Source: Moniliella sp. 'wahieum' (taxonomy: Eukaryota). Taken from it: a stretch of DNA of 64,000 nt. Positions within the stretch are counted from its first letter, which is position 1. Every line of letters starts with the position of its first letter. The translations under genes and the position numbers were made by a program. The stretch is taken from assembly GCA_003971905.1 (NCBI GenBank), contig RSEE01000032.1, positions 372,001 through 436,000 on the forward strand, read 5' to 3'. Below the pieces are notes generated by a model. It searched no databases. It had not been told where the DNA came from and saw only the letters and a program-made list of their open reading frames with translations. This document shows positions 52,801 through 64,000 of the stretch, piece by piece.

Positions 52801-53666
52801 GGCAAGGTGGCAAGGGCGTAGAGGAGTGTGATGAAGTGCGAGGAGGGCGAATGATGCGTGCCTCGCTGTTGGCCGGCAAGGACGGAGGGCGATGATGACG
52901 AGGAGCGAGGATGGTAGATGGTGGAGTGCGATGTTGGAACAGAAGGCTGAGGCCGAGGCAATTGTTCTGGCGACTCTAGCTGGTCCAGGGGTTTGGACAA
53001 AGCGGTGGTGTACCACACTCGTCCCAGCCAGACGGAGAAGTGGGGGATGTGGGCGACATGGAAGGGCGAGGGAGGGAAGCAGACACGGGGGTAGGAAGCA
53101 TGACTTCCTATTGCCACCTCATGGTCATCCTCGAGGGTGGGAGTAGGAGTGGTGGTGCTGAGGTAGTGTGATAGAGGTGATGTTGGTCGTCAAAAGGAGG
53201 ACGGCGCCGGGATGAAGTGGTTGGGCTGGGGGGCTCGCAGCAGCTGGGGGAATGGCCATCGCGTAGGGAGCGAAGCGACGGATGTGATCAAGACTGGATA
53301 CGGGTTGTGGGCAGTAGCCACCAGCAGAGCGCTGATGAGCTGTACGCAGCATCCACCGCATCCACCCCCTCGCTGCTGCATCCACCTGCCATGGATACGC
53401 CCCCACCGAGGGGAGGCACCCACCCAGCCCTGGGTGGACGTGCGATGCGCCTGGCGGAGTGGCTGGAGTGGTGGGCAGCATCGCGCTGCTCCACTCTGAC
53501 ACGCCGTCGCCAGATCCATCTGCCCAGTGTCCAAGTGGATAACCATTTCCGGCGTCGGGTTCCGCCCCCGCATCTGCACCGCCTACACTGCCGCTCTGCC
53601 CCGCCTGTGGCTGAAACAGCAGCAGCCAGCCACGAGCGGTGCATGCACACTCGACGGATCATGGCA
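49866..53666 (-). CDS. RRM-like + YTH (m6A-reader fold, YTHDC1/Mmi1-type) RNA-binding protein with Gly-Ser repeat tail
   Basis: RRM-like VMWVGNVP (~52000) and KRSYCAF (~51720); [38 protein letters not shown] and [26 protein letters not shown]. Ends approximate. Confidence 0.82.
50090..50425. repeat. Hexamer tandem array (CCAGAT/CCAGAA)n encoding (GS)n in the YTH gene
   Basis: About 24 perfect GATCCA units at ~50181-50328, flanked by degenerate units. Confidence 0.95.
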
Positions 53667-54137
53667 TCCACATCGACTCTCGCCTGCGGCCTGGTGCGGG
53701 TCCGCCTCATTCGCCCCGTGGTGGATTCTGCACTCGCGGACGCGGTGGATCGGAGCGGCGGAGCGCTTGTGGTGGACAACAGAATACCATCAGGTGGAGG
53801 GGGGTGCACCCACACGTTGCGCATCGGACCAACCTGCGATGCGGAAGGAGCCAAGTTGGATAAAAAATTCTATCCACCTGGGCCAGGCAAGAAGTGGATA
53901 ATTGAGGCGGGGCCCACTAGCATCGTTCATCACATCATCCAAACCCAAGGCGCAGTACCCAGGACCACTGGCAGCCACTGGGCGGTACCCACAACGGTCC
54001 AATCTTGAACGTTCAACATCAGGCCGTTCAGATCGTTCAGATCGTTCAGAGTTCAGAATCTCAGAGGTTCAGATGTCACGCATGTCACCGTAGCTTCAGG
54101 CTGTATCCTTTACCGGTTAGCAACTACCGGTTACCGG

Positions 54138-54351
54138 TTACCCACCAGAGAGCTCGCTTGAAATTTGAGGAACCTGCCTTTACCGGTTACCAGTTACCGT
54201 TACCCACCGGAAGGCTGGTTTGAAATTTGAGGATCGTTCACCGGTTAACGGTTACCGTTACCGGGTACCGGTTACCCACCAGAAGGCTTGTTTGCAATTT
54301 GAGAAAGCCTGTATTCTTTACCCACCAGAAGGCGCGTTTGAAATTTGAGGA
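54138..54351. repeat. Four spaced copies of a ~34-bp repeat TTACCCACCAGAAGGCNNGTTTGAAATTTGAGGA
   Basis: Copies start at 54138, 54200, 54272 and 54318, separated by TTACCGG-rich spacers. Confidence 0.9.
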
Positions 54352-55474
54352 ACCGACCTTGCTGGCTAGTAGCCGAGTGAGTACTGAGTACTGGGTGACC
54401 ACTGACCGGTGACCGGTGACCACGAATCCTCTGGCCCTCTGCGAGCCAGCACATCAACAGTGTTCCCCCGCACCCCAAATGTCCACCGAATCACCCAATT
54501 TACCCACTCCGTGGACACCGTCTTGCCAGCCACTAGACCGCTTCCCCAAGGTTGCCCCCGTGACACTCACCGGTCGCCGTGCGCCCCTGGGGCCTGGCAT
54601 CCGCACGCAGCGCACGCAGCGCTCTCCACCACCATAGACAGCTGACCTGCCCAGCTGCCAGCCTGCTCGCAAATGGAATCCGTAGCCCTCTCGTCAGAAC
54701 GGGTCTGCATGACGCGTGACGGTACCCAATCTCTCTTCGTTACAGCTTCCGCAGGCTTCAGCAGCTTCAAGAGCTTCACCTTCATGAAGGCTACGGCCCG
54801 CTACGGAGGAACCTCAAACGCAAGTTACTAGTTGCAACTGAGCCTCACCCTTAAAAGTGCCTATCCGAGCCGCTATTGTTCGGCATCTCCTGGTTTCGTA
54901 CCCTCACCGCACAGTCAAAACGGCACCGGGAACATTAGACGAGAACATGTATATGTGGACACAACATGCCAGAGTGCGACTTGGGAGCACTGGCGAACCT
55001 ATGGATCAGCTGCAGTGGTGAGTCACATGTCACAAGCCTTCAAGCAACGTCTGAAACGAAGGGGACAGGAGAGAGGCAGGAGATAGAAGGAGGGGGTGCG
55101 CAGCCTTCGAGCGGAACTTAACTCGTCCTCTCGGCTAAGCGAGCGTCCCTGATCAACTGAAGGTCGTGCAGGGGAACCCTAGCATTATCCTCCAGCAAAC
55201 AATCCTCAGACATCTTCAAGCACAAACCAAAGAGCTTTCGAAACTATTCTATTTCCAGGAAGCTGCTACACGCCGTCGGCCTCACCACACGAAACCCCGT
55301 CCCAGAATGTATATACGAAAAAATGGGATTTCCTCCACATATCCTCCGCTGGTTCTCATCCAATGCGAAGAGAGAAAGAATACAATCTCTCGCTTGGACT
55401 CCCCATGTCAGCGGGACGATGACCTTAGTTGGTCTGAAGGGCAACGTTGCCCTCCGCGTTACCAAGCAATTTGC

Positions 55475-55727
55475 TTAGTGGTTGCACGAGCTGCACGACG
55501 AGCCGCACGACGAGCAGCTGCCCGACGAGCAAGTGCACGAGGATTTGGTGGAGCAAGGGCACTGTTAGATGAGAGGAAAGTTGATGACGGCGGGAGCAGA
55601 GGTCACAGATAAAGTCAGCAAGAACGAATATAGGTCTGGATTGCCACACGTTGATCAGACACCGCGGCGCCTATCCACTCATGAGGAAAGAAGCCGCAGG
55701 AGCGCAAAACATAACACGTACAGCCAT
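55475..55727 (-). CDS. Small fungal metallothionein, 30 aa: MACPCSTKSSCTCSSGSCSSCGSSCSSCNH
   Basis: Exon 1 is ATGGCT (55727-55722). Intron 55721-55562 (GTACGT..CTAACAG). Exon 2 (55561-55475) ends in TAA. 8 Cys in CxC/CxxC pairs, no aromatic residues. Confidence 0.85.
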
Positions 55728-55823
55728 TGTGAAGAAAGGTGTGTGGAAGTGAGGTGGGAAGAGCTGGGTGTGGGGAGTGTGTGGGGGGTGAGGACGAGGG
55801 CAAGGAGGGAATGGGATGGGGGG

Positions 55824-55830
55824 TTTTATA
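55824..55830 (-). promoter_or_regulatory. Putative TATA box of the metallothionein gene
   Basis: TATAAAA on the minus strand about 100 bp upstream of the ATG, followed by a C-rich leader. Confidence 0.55.
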
Positions 55831-58778
55831 CCTTCTTGCCGCCGTAGCAAGGATGGCTCGACCGCCTGGAGAAGAGCTGGGTGGGCTAGGTGTTGGCACC
55901 AGATGGCGCACGACACCCGACCGTCGTGGTGGTGGTCAGAGCGGGGCAGCAGGGAGGCAGTGTCCAAAAAATAGGAGGGCGGGGGGGGGAAACGCAACAA
56001 AACTGCATATATGGTCAGTCCCTTCGCCGACAGGGGTATGTCTGGCATCGTGCATCAGATCACAGACTTCTGATCGATGATCTCCCATTCGATCGCTGAA
56101 AGTGCCAGGGCTTTAGCCTCTTCCGCGACAAATTCTCGGGTTCCGCACACCTCGAGCTATATCAGCCCGGCGTCCCGAGATGACGATGGCGGGCCTCTTC
56201 CGCGCCGAAGTAAGTGGCCGGTAGATTAGCGACAGGATGGACCGGGAACAACATCATGCTTCATGCTTCATGCATCATGATGGAGCACGAGAGCTGTGAG
56301 AGAGCTATATTATGCAGAGACAAGTCAATGTGAGGAACGATATAAGAGCCCAAAACACCCCACCGGCGGTCGCGGTGGGCAGCAACAGAGTTTTTTCATT
56401 GTTTCCAAAGCTTCCTCTAAAGGTTCTCAACATTGCCTCTGATGCTTTCCACATCCCCCTGTCGACAAGACCGTCATTTGAAAGATGACGGCGTTAACGT
56501 TGTATTGCCTTTTGGTGGACCGGTCGCCGCGCCCCCGTCGTCGGATGGATGTAGAGACTACGGGGGTAGTGAGATCTGTGAAATGCAGTAGTAAAGTATA
56601 CCCGTTCATATGCACGCGTTGGACACCGCGTCTGTAGGGACCTCCAAATTGTGTTGTATAGAGTATCATTCTCGGCAAAAAGTTCAGGGGCATGTGGGGA
56701 GAATCAACAGCAAAGTTGTATGATATTATTGCAGAAAAGAACAGAAGTGATATATGGGATGTGGCCGTGCGTGGGGTGTGTACAGAGAGACTGATGTGAC
56801 GATTATACTGGCGAGAGTAATAGGGGGGATAGATGAAACCACACAGTGAAGCCAATGAAGCTTTTCCAGCTTGAAAAGCTTTAGTTTTGAAGGGCAGAGG
56901 GCCATGTACCGTCCAAAGGAGTGGATGTGTAAGGCAAACCGTGGAATTCAAGGCAGGGACGAGAGAAGTTTATAAGACGCAGACATATCAGCGCATCAGC
57001 GCTGCCGGGCGATGCGCAATGGCAGGAGTGTCAGCACGAATAGCTATTCAAGAGCCTCAAGATCGAGAAGGGGTAGATGGCTGCTGCAGAAATGTGGTCG
57101 AGCACACAGTTGCGCGTTCAACTACACTGGCTCTTCTCGTTGCCGGCAGCCTAGTGTCTCGAGCTCACCGTCAAACGGCCCTTATTGTGGTAGTCCGCGC
57201 CATGTCCTGTGCCATTCTTGAATTGGTGTGCAGCAAGTGCAAGTACAATATAGACTGAAAGTCGTTGTAGGTGTTACAGCCCGGACTAGACGAGGGAGAC
57301 CAAAAGGCTCTGTCAAAGACGTGGGAAAAGGCAACATCGTTCGTGGGAGGAAACAAGAGAGACATCGGGCAGGGAACAGAAGCAAAAGGGAAAGAGAAGA
57401 GCGAGATACACAGGATGCAGAATTGGAAGCCAGAGCCAGGTTAGTCAATCGATGACGGTATTAGGTTTGACACCACAGGGGAGCCCGCTTCAAGGCATAT
57501 ATGCGTTCCGCATTTTGGCACATCTGTAGGTGCTCACACACTCTTTTTTGGAAGTCGCCCTGTCAGCACATGGTTCCTCATATGAGTATACCGGTTGAGA
57601 CTCTGGGCAGCAGGCTTTCAATCACATTCAAGCGTACTAAGCCATATTTACCGAATAGGAGGAGTAAAGAGGGTGCAGGAACATTTATCATGGACCAACA
57701 AGCACCTACATCTTATCACAACAGATTTTTGTATGTGCAACACGTTGGCCCATCTCTTCACCACTGCCTCTCGGTCTCTCGCTCAGCGTCTGATGCTTAT
57801 GTTTTTGGGTACCTACCAACAATGCGATGCAGTATTGTTTCCGACTGTTGACCAAGGGTCTGAGGGCCAGCCAGACGACCTCATCTGCGAGAGATCACAC
57901 ACTCTGATTTTCTTACACATGCAGACACCATATGCCAGTATCCCTGTCATCTGGCCTAGTGCCACTCCTTCTCCCTTGTCTTCTTCTCTTCCTAAGTCTG
58001 GGTTCAACCCAGCTCCTGTTATCCCTTTGCCACAGCGTAACTGCCCTGCTTCTACAGTACAACATCGCAGAGAACCACAGGTTTCTTACCGAGCAACCGA
58101 TTATATGAACGGGCGTGTGTTGGGACCCGCGGTCCCGTTCACGGAAGCCAGGGCGTCTTACTACCCTTTCCCCCTTATTGGACATCCTAAATCTCCACGT
58201 GTAAAGACTGGCTTGTTCGAGTCTCTTCCAGGTGTAGCAAAAGGCCTATAGAATTGAACCCATACCATATCACGATTAGTTCACCACCCAAATCATTGTG
58301 GGTTCCTCCGGTCTTACAGAGCGCGCTGGCACAGATCCGTCCCCCCTCCGTCCATCCTGATCCTCATGGACATCCATACCAGTTGAGCTCGACTAGGAGG
58401 TCGACTACTCACCACCTCCGAGCTGTCAACTGTAATGTGTAACGTATAAATGATTGACTGTGCAAGAACTTGCCCATAGCTAGGCTGCCGGGCCTGCTGG
58501 GGGTAACATTCAACATTTCAACCGGGTGTTGTGGTCGCATGTCACATGTCACATGTCACTGGACAATGTGGCTGTCACCGGTTACTACAGCACCTGGCCA
58601 GTGTGGTGGGAAGCTGCGCGTCGCCGCGGGGGTCACCGGTCAGGCCGGTCATCTGTCACTCGTATCTGTCACAGGGGCAGTCGAGCCGCACTCATCGCTT
58701 GCAGCTACTCCGCCACCGTCACCACCTCCACCACCTCCTCCTCCTCAACTCGCCACTCTCCTCCTTCCTCTCGTTGCC

Positions 58779-59923
58779 ATGGACGGGTATCTCAACAAGT
58801 TCAAGCTCGCTGCCCAAAAGGCGAGTGTACAGGCTACCGCTTTTGCCCAGAGCACCGGCCGACAGATTAACGAGCAGGTCCAAGTCGCTAACAGGGCTTC
58901 ACCCTCCCCAAGGAGTGCGAACGTGCTGCCAACATCCTCCAAGGCTTCCTCGCTGACCCCGATAACCCCAACTCGGCTCTGAATTCCATCCCCAAGGCCG
59001 TTCTGCAGCGCGCCCAGGGCCTGGCCGTGTTTAGCGTCCTGAAGGGTGGCTTTATCTGGTCCGCCAAGGCCGGCTCGGGCGTTGTCGTCGCTCGCCTTCC
59101 CGATGGCTCTTGGTCCGCACCCTCGTGCATTGCTACTGGTGGTGTGGGTGTCGGTTTCCAGGTACGTTTCTCCTATTCCTTTTCCTCCTTCCCTTTTTCT
59201 TTTTGTCAGGCTGGGAGACCAAACCTCTGTTATCTAGATCGGTGCCGACTTGTCGGAGTTCGTCATTGTCATGAACAGCCAAGAAGCCGTTCGCTCGTTT
59301 GCACTGGCAGGCAACCTGACCCTTGGCGGGTCGCTTTCTGCGACGGCTGGACCGATCGGCACTGGTGGGGCGGTGCAGACGGCTGTGGATCATCCCGCGC
59401 CAATTTTTAGCTACAGTCGGAGCAAGGGACTGTACGCTGGCGTATCGCTGGAAGGCGTAGCGCTGATTGAGCGCAAGGATGCCAACCGCGAGTTTTACGG
59501 GATGGACATTCCGGCCCGTGACCTGCTTGAGGGACGTGTGCCTGCACCTGAGGCGGCGTCGCCCATGTACGAGGTCATTGAGGCAGCAGAGCAGATTGAC
59601 GAGACTGGGGTGCCGCAGCACGCGTATGTCCCCGGTGAGCCTATGCACAACGCGGAGGGCTATGACCTGGACGATGGTCCAGCTCCGATTCAGACACTAG
59701 ACCATGGCGCGCCAACCACGCAGCACGCGCCTCACTTGTCATCGGACTCAGGCGCGATGGAGACATCGCAGGACCCTGTGCCGGGAGCGCAGACACACGG
59801 GGCGGATGCCCAATCGGGCAGGCCCATTTTTGACGCGTATGTGTACCCCTTTTTTGCTTCACTCTGGCAGAGGAACCTAACCTGTGTCTGTACTCTTCCC
59901 TATCCAGATCCCACATCAACTAA
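58779..59923 (+). CDS. Ysc84/Lsb3-family SYLF-domain protein (no SH3 domain seen)
   Basis: IPKAVLQRAQGLAVFSVLKGGFIWSAKAGSGVVVARLPDGSWSAPS, GFQ|IGADLSEFV, GNLTLGGSLSATAGPIG and FSYSRSKGLYAGVSLEG. Introns at about 59162-59238 and 59837-59907. Confidence 0.88.
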
Positions 59924-62077
59924 ACGTATGCCCCCCCCACCCAACCTCACCCCTCCATGTTTCGTGCCCATTGCGCATACCCGATCACACCTCCTTCGTT
60001 CGGCTTGTCATGAAGCAATGGCCTTGGAAGGCGCTGCTCTACGAGCAGCATACCCGGTACATGGCCGCGCCCTTTCCTTCGCCGTGTGCCTGTGCTATCC
60101 CCTCCCACCCCTCTTCGGCCTCTTCGGGATTGTCCCTTTGATGGTGTGTACTGGTGCTTCGCAATTGCCCACGTTGATTCGTTTCCCCCTCCATCCGGCC
60201 CACCACTCGGTTGGCGCTAGGTTTTTGGGTAGTAGCGGTAGAATGAAGCCGAGACCATGTTCTTGTGTGGTTTGGCGGATGTACCTTCAGTCCCTCCTCA
60301 GGCCTAGGAGTTTGTTGTTTTCTCGACTCAGTCTTACTTGTTCCGCAACGTAGCCCCTGGCAGCGACTGACTGCTTGGTGTTCCTCTGCAGGCGCTGTTG
60401 GCTGGCTTAGACCACCTTCACCACCACCAGGATGATTGCATCGCCATGAAGGGCCATCGCGCGGCTCCAGAACTCATCAGACCTTGTAAGATTTGGCTAG
60501 AATATGACCACATGGAAGATGCTTCACCAGTGGAGAAAGGAATCGAGAAGTTAACAGAGGCGGACAGGGCGCGGCGAGAAGGGAACGCCGTCGCGAACGA
60601 GACCTGGAGCCGGGCGCGGCGCTTGATTCTGCACCCGGCGGAAGATGGAGACTTGGGCAGGGGGTGGGGGGTGGGGCGGGAGCTGAGGCAAGGACTGGGT
60701 CTGGCACTAAGGCTGGATCGCAGGGGGTGTCTCGCCCTGGACACGCTCCGAGACTCAAGAGCGCAGAAAGCACTGTTCCGACCAGCAAACGCACCGAGAC
60801 GACTCCCTTCACTGCTGGCCAGCCGCGGTCTTGATGCGCTAAGACGGGCATTTGAGACCCACTAGCGACCTTAGGCCTTATGCATGTTATGGCAGCCTCG
60901 ACCATACCGTTACGTCGCTCCCTTCTTCATGGTCGGCTGCGCTATGGGCCGCGCGCACACCGCAGATCGCCTTAGTCTGTATCTCGACCTCTTCATTAAG
61001 GGCACCATCGTGATAGATACCACTAAACGTGCTGACTGAGGCTGACTTCGCCTACCACCACACTCCCGCTTCGGGAAAGAAAACCGTGGTGACTCGCCTC
61101 TCTGAATCCATGGGTGACCACGCGAGCGCCATTCTGTTTGTGCAGAATGCTATTATTAGGGCTCTAATTTGGAAGCGTGGACTGCGTCGATCCTGGAGGA
61201 TAAAGAAGCGGAATTGCCGCAGGGCCTCCATGGCGGGTGCAACCTTTCCTTTCGTCCATACGAGGTGAAGACGGTGGCCCTCGAAATGGCCTAACGTCGT
61301 ATTATGTGTGGTGGTAAGAGTCACATAACCGGCCTAACCATGAATACATGTGGGGTCCTACTTTTACTGTTCCAGTGTTCTCTCCTGATTTTTTGTTTGT
61401 CTCATGCGGTATAAGCATTAGGCTTCAGGGGTATAAGATCTAAGATCTAAGATAGCTCCGACTGTATCCTCGGCCTCAACGTTCATGAACCTTAACGGTA
61501 AGACTATAAAACTGCCGCGGTAATCCCTACCGGGTTATTGGAAAGAGGTAGCTACAGGGGGTTGTGAGAGTGCGGCTCATTTTGATGTTCATGCGGTTCG
61601 ACAAGCCTCGAATCGCTCACACAAAAGTGGCAAGACAGACTCCGCGAAGGTGCTTGAAAAAAACGTGGTGCGCCCTGTGTTACGCCGTGACCGGTGTGTT
61701 GACCCAAGCGGCCGCAATCAGATCCAGATGGCCTCGGCTGCCGGAAGAGGTGCTAATATACTTATGCGCTTCTGGGCAGGTGATCACAAACACTGAGGAG
61801 AACCGTGAACATGCGAACGTATTCAACTTGAACGTTCAACATACGTTCAACGTGTGTCGTGCCCACATTTGCCGCGTCTCTGCCCAAAATTAAATACCAG
61901 CAATCCAAAACGCTCCGAGAAAGCGAAGATGTACCCGAGCCCTCGATACAAAATGGCACAAGGGGCTGCTTGCACATAAGGCTCCGAGGACTGCCTCATA
62001 TACCCACTCAATTGACCTCCCTACAGTCACCATCGCTGCCACCACCCCCGCCTTCACCTTCGCTTGTCTCCCTCACG

Positions 62078-63124
62078 ATGAACATGGACTCAAGCGCTAC
62101 GGCGTCAACCATGATGGCCTCCATGGCCATGAGCACCATGGCAAGTATGTCCATGAGCCCCATGGCAAGTATGTCCATGAGCCCCATGGCAAGTATGTCC
62201 ATGAGTCCAACCACACCCACTGCTTCTGCTTCTGCCGCTCACCATCATGGGAGTATGGACGGAATGGGAAGCATGAGCGGTATGGGTAGTGACAGCGGCA
62301 GCGGCATGGGTATGGGTGGTATGCATCACGGCATGGGCGGCAATGCGTGCAAGATGTCCATGGTTGGCAATTGGTACACTATCAACACTTGCATTCTTTC
62401 TCCTTCTTGGATGTATGTCCTCCGTATCCCCACCTTGTTCTCGTTCGCACCTTTAAGTTACTGACGTTCTTGGAATTGCACTAGCATCAAGACGCATGGC
62501 CAATTTGCCGGTTCCTGCATTGGCATTTTTCTCATTGTCGTCTTGATTGAAGTAGTCCGTCGGTTGGGCCGGGAGGGGATCGTTACGTGGTGCGCCAAGC
62601 GCTCTCGCGGGCAGCCAACCAGTTCGGTACGGGAAGGACTCGCTCCCCCTCCGACGATTCCGCCGAAAAGCCGACCGAACAGCCTCGAGAATTGACACTA
62701 AACGTCGACAATGCTCTGTACGGTTACCCCTTTTGGCTGGTGCGCCCACCATGGCGGCCAAATTTTGGGCAAATCACCCGGGACGGTTCACCCCATCGTG
62801 TGGCAACAAGTGGTGCGCTCCTTGTTATACGGAATCCAGTTTACTGGCGCGTATCTGGTGATGCTCATGGCCATGACATTCAATGGGTATATCATCATGT
62901 CCATCTGTCTTGGAGGCCTCTTTGGACACTTTATCTCGACTTGGGATTCCCTCGCCTTTGACCTCTCTTCTGACGATGACCCTTACCTCTTGGCCAATGG
63001 CGGAGGTGTGGGTAATCCTGGAGCGGCCCTCTACACTGAACGTCGTCTCCTGGCTCAAAGTCGATACGAAAACGCAGCCGGTCGGGCGACGGATGCATGC
63101 TGTGGCAATGGTGCCTGTTGCTAA
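62078..63124 (+). CDS. Ctr-family copper transporter with Met/His-rich N-terminus
   Basis: Met-rich ectodomain (including a 24-nt repeat x3), CKMSMVGNWYTINTC, QFAGSCIG, TM2 YLVMLMAMTFNG (MxxxM), GxxxG, and C-terminal CC..CC. Intron at about 62413-62484. Confidence 0.93.
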
Positions 63125-63504
63125 AAAGGCACCCACGTTTGGCTGAAGACTATAAATGCTTGCCTCAGGTGTGACGACGTCAAAACCACGTTCTATACAC
63201 ACACACCTGTCCACCCTTTGCTTACCTTTATTGCCCTGTGTACTTGTTCATGAATGGAAAGAGGACGAGACATGGGTTTCCCCTGAATATACGATACATA
63301 TTCTTTCTTGTTCTGCTTCTGTCGACGCCTAGTTCCAGCATGCCAGAGGGACCCCAACATGTGCTCAGCAGGATCCTGATAGTGTCATAGACTGCACATC
63401 CCCTTCTCGGCTTATTACAGCTATCCCTCTCTCCCTTCTGAAAAGTACTTTATATACTAGTTGGCCGCCGGGCCGACACTACAGCGCTATAGAGGGTAGC
63501 CATC

Positions 63505-63622
63505 CCGATGGTCCGCCGTTCTATGGTCCTCCATCCGATGGTCCACCGTTCCATGGTCCTCCTTCCGATGGTCCACCGTTCCATGGTCCTCCGTCCGATG
63601 GTCCACCGTTCCATGGTCCACC
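63505..63622. repeat. 30-bp tandem repeat x~4 (CCGATGGTCCACCGTTCCATGGTCCTCCNT)
   Basis: Directly visible tandem units. Confidence 0.9.
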
Positions 63623-64000
63623 CTGTTGTAGTACAAACGCCAAGAACACACTCATGAGCCATTCTTCCTCTTATTGTGGTCATTACGGGACACGCTATAA
63701 TGCCGTGCTGTATAGGAAAGGCTACACAAGGCGCTTCCGTGTAAGGCCGAAGGAAAAGGCCTAAGGCCTAAGGCCACCAAGGCGGGATGATCGATGATCG
63801 ATGATACATGGTGAAATGATGCATGATGAGGCTTGAAAGACGGAGGCATCCGATGGCCCCCTTCGATGAATCATCGATCAACGACACCACTCTTTTGTGG
63901 AGGGGGCGGTGGGTGGGTTCCTGGGCTGGCTGGTGGCTGGCCACCGGCCACCCGAAGTCAAAAGCGGGCTGGACAAGACGAGACAGCTGCTGCGAAGCTC

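Noticed and set aside
54138..54351. CRISPR array
   Set aside because: Eukaryotic context with no cas genes, degenerate repeats, and spacers that are unequal (12-38 bp) and mostly low-complexity.

Overview
Gene-dense, GC-rich eukaryotic (fungal) DNA. The few short GT-AG introns with CTRAC branch points and the protein content point to an intron-poor basidiomycete, probably Ustilaginomycotina (inferred, not verified). Nearly every conserved gene is split by single-base frameshifts, including normally essential eIF3d and TFIIB. These look like assembly (long-read indel) errors, so many gene boundaries below are approximate. Recognisable genes: PP4 regulatory subunit PPP4R2/Psy4, STRIPAK Far11, histidine methyltransferase Hpm1, intron-containing tRNA-Ser(CGA), mitochondrial uL6, cytochrome-b5/acyl-CoA dehydrogenase, eIF3d, TFIIB, cyclophilin B (possibly decaying), Rpt1, Lsm1, neurofibromin/Ira-like RasGAP, Dma1-like FHA-RING ligase, Kin1 kinase, a small GPI-type protein, CENP-A/Cse4, Dph3, an RRM+YTH protein, a Ysc84/SYLF protein and a Ctr copper transporter. 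Most interesting, and missed or not explained by the ORF track: (1) four 5'-truncated copies of one tail-less non-LTR retrotransposon family with CRE/RLE-like motifs, one with an 11-bp TSD and one just upstream of the tRNA; (2) a 30-aa metallothionein microgene with a 6-nt first coding exon, about 6 kb from the Ctr gene; (3) a four-unit 34-bp spaced repeat array; (4) a decayed Ty3/Gypsy pol remnant and several other repeats.
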